In this document: positions 1 to 8,305 of the stretch, piece by piece
How positions within the stretch are numbered: the first letter of the stretch is position 1
How the letters are laid out: each line of letters opens with the position of its first letter
Made by a program: the position numbers and the translations under genes
NCBI RefSeq assembly: GCF_006345805.1
Contig: NW_021825236.1
Span: 1-16,489, forward strand
Source of the DNA: Octopus sinensis
Lineage: Eukaryota
Direction of reading: 5' to 3'
Length of the DNA stretch: 16,489 bases
Notes under the pieces: generated by a model
The model's database searches: none
The model's input: the letters and a program-made list of their open reading frames with translations, nothing else
What the model was told of the DNA's origin: nothing

Positions 1-490
1 TACCACGAATTCCTTAATAAAACTACCATGACAAACAAACTCATAAAAACATAATGATACAAATCTCCCTTTACTAAACTCTAGAACATACCTATATCGC
101 AATCCCCCTAACCTAAACATTTACACACAAATACACACACATAAACCACACACCCACGACACATACAAATACCCACCTCACTCAACATACCTATACATAC
201 ATAAAACCTCAACATATACTCCAAAAACCCACTCAACCCCACACAGACAAATAAACAAACATACATCCCCAAACCTATATAGCAAACCCATAAACACATT
301 CACACACAAATATACATACGTAAAACACCACATATACATATACATACTCACCAAACTCGACATATACAACAATATTAACACACCCACCTTCTACAGATAA
401 ATAATTACACAACCAAAATACGCACACACTCACACACAATCCCACATACATAAACACTCAAAGAAAAACAACATTATTACACATAATACG
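1..490. repeat. Degenerate CA/CATA-rich low-complexity tract, strongly G-depleted on + strand
   Basis: 13 G in bases 1-480 by manual count; ACAC/CATA motifs throughout; minus-strand ORFs here are V/C/Y/M low-complexity translations. Confidence 0.75.
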
Positions 491-610
491 ATATATAAAA
501 TATATAAAATACATCGTAGTGGCGTTTTTTTGACTTTTTATTAAAATTTTATGTATTGATTAAGTCTTTCCTTGTTTGTTTTGCAAAATAGTGGTTTTGT
601 CTCTAATAAT

Positions 611-659
611 ATTATTATATATATATATATATATATAATATATATATATGTATGTAGAT

Positions 660-710
<51 letters not shown>

Positions 711-799
711 TGTATGTATATATAAATATATATATACATATATATATATATATGTATGTATATATAAATATATATATATATATAATATATATTATATAT

Positions 800-832
<33 letters not shown>

Positions 833-844
833 GTATGTATATAT

Positions 845-888
<44 letters not shown>

Positions 889-1013
889 TATATATAATTA
901 TATAGTATATTATATATAATATAATATACTATATATATCTGTATATTATAAATCTATATATATATATATATAATATATATATATATATATAGGGAGAGAG
1001 AGAGAGAGAGAGA
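611..1013. repeat. Interrupted (TA)n microsatellite followed by (GA)n
   Basis: Direct reading: TA run with TATG/TAA interruptions about 611-990, then (GA)n about 993-1013. Confidence 0.95.
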
Positions 1014-1078
1014 GCATATCATACATACATATACACACTATCATAAATATACATGTGTGTATGGATGCGTATTATATA

Positions 1079-1890
1079 CTGGGTGTGTAAGTTATTTGAG
1101 GACGTAAATTTTTTATCATTGCTACATTTTTTGCTAACTCTGTATAATCTTTGTTGCAGAAAATAATAATAGTAGACCCTCCCCTTATTCAAGCAATGAA
1201 GAGGCATGCTGTTATTGTGGTTATAAAGGCTGAGCATAGAGATTTTGAAATATTTCGGTTTTTAAAAGATCTTTCGTCTAGAATGTTCGTAAGGAAGTGG
1301 AGACTGAAGATGGAAACGTATCACCAGTATCACAAAGCATAAAAAGCATTCTAAACGGTCCTAAATCATCAGAATACATGAATTTATCCAGTAAGTTCAA
1401 CAGACCATTGATTACAATCCCAGAAAATCTATGAGGTCAATTGCAAAAGATCTGCATGTGTCAGAAGGAACAGTCAGAAATGTTGTCCACAAAGACATCA
1501 GATATGTCGTATATGATTAGTAAAGGTAATTTGTCAGAAAAAGCCAAGATCAAAAAGGTAACAGAAGAAATGGTAGATGGTCACGTGCAGACCCTTCTGA
1601 AATAACAAGTGTTATGCATACAAAATTTCCTGCAACAGTCATGGTTTTATGACAAGGACATGTAATGCCTCCTTACTTATTTCCGTAAGGCCTTAGAGTT
1701 AAGTCTGCATTGAGGTCCTGAAAATCATCGTTAAGCGTATGCAATGGAAGGCCATATGTGTTTCAGTAAGACTCTACCTTCTCACACATGGCTCTAGTAA
1801 CACAGGAATGGATGACTGCAATTTTTCCTGATCACATAACCCCTAACATTTGGCCTCCTAATTCCCCAGATCTCGATCTATTGGGTTATT
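1079..1890 (+). mobile_element. Degenerate Tc1/mariner transposon of DD37D (maT) type; transposase pseudogene, internally deleted and 3'-truncated
   Basis: HTH-like VQQTIDYNPRKSMRSIAKDLHVSEGTVRNVVHKDIRY (1395-1505); NRRNGRWSRADPSEITSVMHTKFPATVMVL..GHVMPPYLFP; NGRPYVFQ*DSTFSH...IWPPNSPDLDLLGY (1743-1889). The Asp at 1770-1772 lies exactly 37 codons before the third catalytic position (1884-1886, GGT, presumed GAT>GGT). Stops and frameshifts present. Putative left end TA|CTGGGTGT at 1077-1086. Confidence 0.9.
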
Positions 1891-1903
1891 TTATAATATC
1901 ACT

Positions 1904-2081
1904 GGCTTATCAAGTTGTGGGCTGATACAATCGTTGACATTCCGGGGAAAAAACGCTTAGTACCATTTTGCCCGCCTTTGTGGTCGGTGTTCAAATTACG
2001 CTGAGGTTGAGTTTGCTTTCCATTCTTTCGCGGTGGATAAAATAGTGCCAGTTGCGCACTGGTGTTTTTGTACTAGACTTA
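1904..2081 (+). mobile_element. Highly diverged SINE family B copy
   Basis: Colinear with 11071-11302: AATCGTT..CCGGG..GCTTAG..GTTCAAATT..GAGGT..CTTT..CCAGTT.CGCACTGG..GACTTA. Confidence 0.7.
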
Positions 2082-2099
2082 GATGCTCCCTTGAAATTG

Positions 2100-2364
2100 A
2101 TGATGTTCTGACAAAATTTAAAACTGGGTTATAAGCTGAGGGCATTTACAGCAAAAACAGATCGATTTCCAAAAGAAATAAGTTCAAGTTAAGAAATATC
2201 AAAGATTCTATTTGCAAACCAGGAATTGTAGATTTTTTGCAAACCAGGATTTTTGTTTGTGTGTGTGAAATCCCCCTGTTGTCTTCGAAATTGTGCGAAA
2301 ATCCAGAGAATTTCGATGACGTTATGTGACGAATGTCTTCTGCAAAATTCAAATCAGAAATCAA
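2100..2364 (-). mobile_element. Possible decayed non-LTR (LINE) reverse transcriptase fragment
   Basis: Minus ORF begins ISDLNFAEDI, resembling the DLDFADDI catalytic motif, followed at the expected spacing by GISHTQTKILV (GLxINxxKTKVM-like). Otherwise weak. Confidence 0.35.
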
Positions 2365-2401
2365 CTATAGTTGTATTGAAGTAATATTAAGGTTACTGTT
2401 A

Positions 2402-2814
2402 GGGCAGCAAGCTGGCAGAATCGTTAGGACGCCGGGCGAAATGCTTAGCGGTATTTCGTCTGCCGTTACCTTCCGAGTTCAAATTCCGCCGAGGTTGACT
2501 TTGCCTTTCATCCTTTCGGGGTCGATTAAATAAGCACCAGTGACGCACTGGGGTAGATATAATAGACTTAATCCGTTTGTCTGTTCTTGTTTGCCCTCTC
2601 TGTGTTTAGCCCGTTGTGGGTAGTAAAGAAATAGGTATTTAGTCTGCCGTTATGTTCTGAGTTCAAATTCCGCCGAGGTCGACTTCGCATTTTATCTTTT
2701 GGGATCGATTAAATAAGTACCTGTTACGCACTGGGTCGATGTGATGGACTTAATTCTTTTGTCTGTCCTTGTTTGTCTCCTCTATGTTTAACCTCCTGTG
2801 GGCAATAAAGAAAT
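2402..2814 (+). mobile_element. SINE family B, dimeric copy (head + body + repeated body)
   Basis: tRNA-like head AGCTGGCAGAATCGTTAG...GAGTTCAAATTCC (B-box-like GTTCAAATTC). Unit 1 ends GTAAAGAAATA at 2633; unit 2 restarts at GGTATTT (2634) and ends GGCAATAAAGAAAT. Confidence 0.9.
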
Positions 2815-2836
2815 CAATATATTTATGAATTATCAA

Positions 2837-3259
2837 GGGCGGTAAGCTGGCAGAATCATTAGCACGCCAGGTAAAATGCTTAGCCGTATTTCTTCTGCCG
2901 CTACGTTCTGAGTTCAAATTCCGCCGAGGTCGACTTTGCTTTCATCCTTTCGGGGTCGATTCAATAAGTACCAGTTACTCACTGGGGTCGATGTAATCGA
3001 CTTAATCCGTTTGACTGTCCTTGTTTGCCCCCTCTGTGTTTAGCCCCTTGTGGGTAGTAAAGAAATAGGTATTTCGTCTGCAGTTATGTTTTGTGTTCAA
3101 ATTCCACCGAGGTCAACTTTGCCTTTCATCCTTCTGGGGTCGATAAATTAAGTACCAGTTACGCACTGGGGTCGATGAAATCAACTTAATTCTTTTGTAT
3201 GTCCTTGTTTGTCCCCTCGATGTTTAGTCTCTTGTGGATAATAAATAAATAAATAAATA
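2837..3259 (+). mobile_element. SINE family B, second dimeric copy with (AAAT)n tail
   Basis: Same architecture; unit junction AGAAATA|GGTATTTCG at 3067/3068; (AAAT)n about 3241-3259. Confidence 0.9.
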
Positions 3260-3281
3260 TTAAGATTACTATTATGTCTCT

Positions 3282-3492
3282 GGGCTAGAAGAATCGTTGA
3301 AATTCCGGACAAAATACTTAGCGACATTCCGTCCATGTTCCCCTTCTGAGTTCACATTACTCCGGGGTCAACAAAGTAAGTACCAGTTGCTCTGTGTTCG
3401 AATACCGCCGGTATCAATGAAATATGTGCCAGTTATCGCCTTACCCCAAACCCCACCACGAAATTGCTGGCCTTGTGTCAAATTTTGAAACC
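3282..3492 (+). mobile_element. Diverged SINE family B relative with alternative 3' tail
   Basis: GAATCGTT..CCGGACAAAATACTTAGCG..TTCTGAGTTCA..AAGTACCAGTT; tail CCCCACCACGAAATTGCTGGCCTTGTGTCAAAATTTTGAAACC resembles the reverse complement of 13435-13480. Confidence 0.65.
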
Positions 3493-4081
3493 AAAATATT
3501 AAAGTCATTCTTCGTTTAAGAACGCAATAAGTATGAGTAAATCTACTTGTTTCACTTGTTAGATTTAACCCGTGGCTTTCAGTGCTTCCATTTCAATGAA
3601 TTACAACAAATACATCCTTCTTGTCGTCAGTACTTTATTATAATGGCAATTAAAGTGACGATGAAAGGCGATTGCAGGTTATCAACGATCTATTAAAACG
3701 GATAACCGGCCTTTGTAGTTTATGCTTGTCTGTTATTCTGAACAATTGTTCCTCTAATTACGAATGACTTGCAGGTAAACGGATACTGGTCTTACTTATT
3801 ATTACAAGCCTCGGGTTTAAATGATATCAGAAATCTTTTGCGCGTTAGCATTCTCATTCGCTCCAGCTATTGATTATTAATTTTCTTTTATATAAGATTG
3901 TGCATCGAGTCATTTTCCTCGAATCAAAAAAGATTTCCGAGGACGATTTGCGCATGACCAGCAAATAAGCCGAGGTAACTTTTTCAACGTTAAAATCTAA
4001 TACCAAACTTTTGGCTTATATGCTGGTATTTTGGGCGTATATATATACATATATAGATACATATACCTATATATATATATA

Positions 4082-4623
4082 CAGGGTGTCCACAAAGTCT
4101 GGGAACATGGAATACATAAAATCATAACATAGGCGCAGGAGTGGCTGTGTGGTAAGTAGTTTGCTAAGCAACCACATGGTTCTGGGTTCAGTCCCACTGC
4201 GTGGCATCTTGGGCAAGTGTCTTCTGCTATAGCCCTGGGCCGACCAATGCCTTGTGAGTGGATTTGGTAGACGAAAACTGAAAGAAGCCTGTCGTATATA
4301 TGTATATATATATGTATATGTATGTGTGTGTCTGTGTTTGTCCCCCGAGCATTGCTTGACAACCGATGCTGGTGTGTTTACGTCCCCGTCACTTAGCGGT
4401 TCGGCAAAAAGAGAACGATAGAATAAGTACTGGGCTTACAAAGAATAAGTCCCGGGGTCGATTTGCTCGACTAAAGGCGGTGCTCCAGCATGGCCGCAGT
4501 CAACTGACTGAAACAAATAAAGGTAAGGAAAGGAAAAGGAAAGGAAATGAATTAAATATAAGAAATAATAATTTCTTAAAGTATGTGTTAATCCCCATGA
4601 TCCCAGACTTTGTGGATACCCTG
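4082..4623. mobile_element. Tc1/mariner-type MITE with 29-bp TIRs and TA target duplication, interrupted by a SINE
   Basis: Left TIR CAGGGTGTCCACAAAGTCTGGGAACATGG (4082-4110); right TIR 4595-4623 reverse-complements to CAGGGTATCCACAAAGTCTGGGATCATGG (27/29 identical); TA at 4080-4081 and 4624-4625. Confidence 0.92.
4132..4522 (+). mobile_element. SINE family A, full length (tRNA-like head, CORE-like segment, internal microsatellite, stem-loop tail)
   Basis: A-box-like TGGCTGTGTGG, B-box-like GGTTCAGTCCC, CTTGGGCAAGTG core-like motif, internal (TA/TG)n, tail GGCGGTGCTCCAGCATGGCCGCAGTCAACTGACTGAAAC; at least six related copies in the window. Confidence 0.93.
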
Positions 4624-4638
4624 TATATATATACACAC

Positions 4639-4672
<34 letters not shown>

Positions 4673-4674
4673 TT

Positions 4675-4882
4675 ATGGCCGCGTGTGTATCATTGGCGAT
4701 TTTTTCCTCCGTCTTCCCTTCCTTGGACCTTTCCTTTTTCTATGTTTCTAACGAAGAGCTCCGCTCGAAACGTTAAATCCTCCTCCTTTCTTTCCTTTAC
4801 TCAGCGTCCAATAACACTAGACATGTTCCACGCCCTCGCGTTGTTGTGTTTTCTCTTCGTGTTTTCATGTTTGGATTAACTT
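4675..4882 (+). mobile_element. Penelope-like element terminal remnant with minimal hammerhead-like motif
   Basis: Non-simple island between TG and TA microsatellites containing GTTT-CTAACGA-A-GAGC-TCC-GCTC-GAAACGTT-AAAT (4744-4778); architecture shared with 5600-5772. Confidence 0.55.
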
Positions 4883-4980
4883 TATATATAATATATGTAT
4901 ATATATACATATAGTTCTTGACATCCGCCCATCACACCGCTGGCATGTGAAGTTTTTGATGATTTGCTTAACGGGAAAAG

Positions 4981-5172
4981 TATATGTTTGTGTGTCTGTA
5001 TTTGTCCCCCCAATATCGCTTGACAACCGATGATGGTGTGTTTACGTCCCCGTAACTTAGCGGTTCGGTAAAAGAGACCGATAGCATAAGTACCGATAGA
5101 ATAAGTCCTGGGGTCGATTTGCTCGACTAAAGTCGGTACTTTAAATGACTGAAACAAGTAAAAGAGTAAAAG
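4981..5172 (+). mobile_element. SINE family A, 3' half only
   Basis: CGCTTGACAACCGATGATGGTGTGTTTACGTCCCCGTAACTTAGCGGTTCGG...GACTGAAACAAGTAAAAGAGTAAAAG; deletions relative to 4132-4522. Confidence 0.9.
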
Positions 5173-5187
5173 GCATATATATATAGG

Positions 5188-5206
5188 GAGATAGATAGAT
5201 TGATAC

Positions 5207-5256
<50 letters not shown>

Positions 5257-5275
5257 ATAGATAGATAGATACATA
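5188..5275. repeat. (GATA)n/(GA)n compound microsatellite
   Basis: Direct reading. Confidence 0.9.
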
Positions 5276-5479
5276 CATGTCTGTGTGTACATGTTTATAA
5301 GAATATGTGAGAATGATCTATCTATCTACATATGTATGTATGTGTGATGCGAACTACTTATTTAAGCTGGTGTTAATCATAGTTTTCCCTATGTAAGTGT
5401 ATACATATACATACCCGTACACACAAACACACACAGACATGTATATATATATATATATATATATACATATATATATAGA

Positions 5480-5771
5480 AATACAATAAGAGGCTTCCGA
5501 ATAAGAAAGCCTTGTGCTAGAAAGAGCAGTAGAAAACTCAAAACCACCAAATATTACCCTATTGTTATATATATATATATATTTATTTCTCTCCTTTTTA
5601 TCTCTCTTTGTTTCTCTCCTTGTTTCCTTTCTGTGTATCTTTCTGTCGAAGAGCGTAGGTTCGAAACGTAAAAGACTTGTTCCATTTCTATTCCTGAGCG
5701 CCATACTAATACATTTGTTTGTTTGTACACCACCTGCCTTCGTCTTTTGTTTATTTTCCTAAACCTTCCCG

Positions 5772-5772
<1 letters not shown>
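5480..5772 (+). mobile_element. Penelope-like element terminal remnant with minimal hammerhead-like motif
   Basis: TCTTT-CTGTCGA-A-GAGC-GTAG-GTTC-GAAACGTA-AAAGA (5638-5675), then CTGAGCG..AATAC like 4800-4820; flanked by (TA)n on both sides. Confidence 0.6.
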
Positions 5773-5837
<65 letters not shown>

Positions 5838-5861
5838 GGAGTGTGTTTGTGCGTGTGTGTA

Positions 5862-5905
<44 letters not shown>

Positions 5906-6110
5906 ATAAAGGAAGAGCGAAGACTAAGGAAGAGAAGCAGAGATGGACAGAGAGAAATTTGAAGTAAGACATGCATGGTAGTATGGTACGAACATGCGTG
6001 AGAGAGAGAGAGAGAGAGAAGGAGAAATGCAGAGAGAGAGAGATAGAGAGAGAGAGACCGAGAGAAATATAGAGAGATAGAGAGAGCGGGAAAAGAGTGA
6101 GAAAGGCAGA
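5773..6110. repeat. (TA)n, (TG)n, (GA)n compound microsatellite block
   Basis: (TA)n about 5773-5835, (TG)n to about 5883, GA-rich to about 6110. Confidence 0.92.
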
Positions 6111-6670
6111 AAATAGAGAAGGCCTGTGCCATGTGTTTATGCGTGGAGTGCTTTCTCTTGCGTGTTGTATGTGATGTGTATATACTCTGTATGTATGTGT
6201 GTGTGTGTGTGTGTGTATGGTGTTGTGTGTGTGTGTGTATGGTGTTGTGTGTGTTTGCGTAGGTCATTACATGTGAATATTTCGCGTTTGGTTTCTGTGT
6301 GTGTGTGACTCGGTCGTGTGTGTCACGTCGCGTATTTTATTGGGTGTTCGATGTTGAGTATATATTCTGCGTTGTATGTCAACGGATACTCATATCTGAG
6401 TGAGTGCAAGGATGTGCAGCTGCATTTTGACTTTGCATTTATAAACATTGCGTGTGTGACAGAGTGAAAAATGAGGGAAAGAGAGAGAGAAAGAGAGAGA
6501 AAGAAAGAGAATTATTGTTTATGCACACATACATACATGTATATAAAGTGCATAGTGACACACACATCTGTATCCAAACACACGTACACACGTACACACA
6601 TACACACATGTATACATATACGTAAATAGGCATAAGAACATAAACATCTATGTGTGTATATATATATATA

Positions 6671-6770
6671 CAATCGGTTAGCGCGCCGTACTTATAGACA
6701 GTACCTTGTTTGTGTTGTTCACAAAATAGGAGATATGCGGAGGTTGTGAGTTCGAGCCTCACACAGGGCA
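6671..6770 (+). pseudogene. trnI-UAU: tRNA-Ile(UAU) with 38-nt intron, lacking its first ~12 nt (5'-truncated pseudogene or retrocopy)
   Basis: D loop AATCGGTTA + GCGC; anticodon stem CCGTA(6686-6690)/TGCGG(6736-6740); loop CT-TAT-A with anticodon 6693-6695; intron 6697-6734 at the canonical 37/38 site; variable loop AGGTT; T arm GTGAG-TTCGAGC-CTCAC; acceptor 3' strand ACAGGGC + discriminator A6770; TTTTT at 6773-6777. The 5' acceptor strand is replaced by (TA)n. Confidence 0.88.
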
Positions 6771-6781
6771 GATTTTTAAAC

Positions 6782-6838
6782 GGCGGTGCATCAGCATGGC
6801 CGCAGCTCTGAGCTGAAACTAGAGAAAAAAAAAAAAAA
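6782..6838 (+). mobile_element. Variant family-A-type 3' tail with poly(A)14
   Basis: GGCGGTGCATCAGCATGGCCGCAGCTCTGAGCTGAAAC, then A14 at 6825-6838. Confidence 0.8.
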
Positions 6839-6855
6839 TATATATATATTTATTT

Positions 6856-6924
6856 AAGGTAGTGCTCCAGCATGGCCGCAGTCAAAATGACTGAAACAAG
6901 TAAAATAGTAAAAGAGTAAAAGAA
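6856..6924 (+). mobile_element. SINE family A isolated 3' tail (5'-truncated copy)
   Basis: AAGGTAGTGCTCCAGCATGGCCGCAGTCAAAATGACTGAAACAAGTAAAATAGTAAAAGAGTAAAAG. Confidence 0.85.
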
Positions 6925-6925
6925 T

Positions 6926-6968
<43 letters not shown>

Positions 6969-6979
6969 ACATTTGTATA

Positions 6980-7424
6980 GGCGCAGGCGTGGCTGTGTGG
7001 TAAGAAGCTTGCTTCGGTTAACCACATGGTTCCGGGTTCAGTCTCACTACGTGGCAACTTGGGAAAGTGTCTTCTACTATAGTCTCTGGCCGACCAAAAA
7101 TCCTTGTGAGTGGATTTGGTAGACGGAAACTGAAAGAAGCCCGTCGTATACATTTATATATATGTATGTGTGTACGTATGTATATTTGTGTGTGTGAGTG
7201 TGTATATATGTGTGTGTTTTGTCCATCCTCTACCATTGTTTGATAACCGATGCTGGTGTGTTTACGTCCTCGAAGCTTAACGGTTCGGCAAAAGAGATGA
7301 TAAAACAAGTACTAGACTTACAAAGAATAAAATTCCGGGATCGCTTTGCTCGACTAAAGGTGGTGCTCCAGCATGACCGCAGTCAAACGGCTGCAAGAAG
7401 TAAATGAAGACAAGAGTAAAAGAA
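6980..7424 (+). mobile_element. SINE family A, full length
   Basis: Head GGCGCAGGCGTGGCTGTGTGGTAAG...GGGTTCAGTCTC, internal microsatellite and tail, colinear with 4132-4522. Confidence 0.92.
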
Positions 7425-7639
7425 TGTATATAGACAAAACATACGCAAATGTTTACATCATAGACGTATAAACACACAAACATTTAGCAGTAGAGAAGAA
7501 TATTCTTCTGTGCGGCTGCATACGTACATACACGAATAGATATTCCCCTCACACACACACACATACATACATGTATTCACATCAACACATACACACACAC
7601 TCGCTCGGTAAACAGGAAACTGCAGCAGCTTCCGAAGGC

Positions 7640-7870
7640 GCTCCTCGACGTGGTAGCTCGATATGTTAGAAATAGCAGTCGTCTCTCACTGAAATTGCAT
7701 ATTGTCATCTGTAGCCAAAAAACTAAAAAGAATAACAAACAAATTAAGGGGGAGGAATTGCGCAATGCAGTAAATGGTGTGTGTCAATATGGGTGGTTAC
7801 ACATGGAACGGCTTTGATGATTGGTTTTTCTTAATTCGGGCAGACCTAGGGCTAAACAGTATAACGACGG
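7640..7870 (+). mobile_element. Diverged interspersed repeat, family C (probable SINE/LINE 3' region)
   Basis: 7650-7680 matches 11984-12014 at 25/31; tail CTTTGATGATTGG..ACCTAGGGCTAAA matches 9649-9693 CCTATGATCATAGG..ACCTAGGGTTAAA. Confidence 0.6.
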
Positions 7871-7894
7871 TAGCTACAGGTTTTGCACAAACAC

Positions 7895-8084
7895 TCAAAC
7901 ACACACACGCACACACACACACTCACACATACGCACACACACACGCACACACACACACTCACACATACGCACACACACACATGGACACAGACGCGCGAAG
8001 AAGCACATACATAACATAAACAAGTTTATATCCACAGAGAGATATTTCTGCTCGCACTTGCATAGATAGCAAGACGCATCAAGT

Positions 8085-8115
<31 letters not shown>

Positions 8116-8218
8116 CACACACACACACACAGAGTTCCATACATGCATTAATAGTAAGTTACATACATACATCTACATATATATACATACATATTTATAT
8201 TCATACATACACATATAT

Positions 8219-8249
<31 letters not shown>

Positions 8250-8262
8250 CATATATACATAT

Positions 8263-8301
<39 letters not shown>

Positions 8302-8305
8302 CATG
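7895..8305. repeat. (CA)n, (CATA)n, (TA)n microsatellite cluster with a perfect 36-bp duplication
   Basis: 7901-7936 is identical to 7937-7972; other runs by direct reading. Confidence 0.9.

Noticed and set aside
104-117. Telomeric repeat (CCCTAA-like)
   Set aside because: Only one or two imperfect units inside low-complexity sequence.
2402-3492. CRISPR array or satellite
   Set aside because: Units are about 180-230 bp, tRNA-headed, also dispersed elsewhere in both orientations; no repeat-spacer pattern and no cas genes.
4132-4205. Functional tRNA genes at SINE A, B or D heads
   Set aside because: A/B-box-like motifs exist but no complete cloverleaf; each continues into a repeated SINE body.
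5485-5570. GIY-YIG endonuclease C-terminus (ESLVLERAVENSKPPN)
   Set aside because: Position upstream of the hammerhead-like motif fits Penelope layout, but the resemblance is too short and weak to call without an HMM search.
6671-6770. Intact functional tRNA-Ile gene
   Set aside because: The 5' acceptor strand (expected GCCCTGT) and most of the A box and D-stem 5' strand are absent, and no matching piece was seen nearby.
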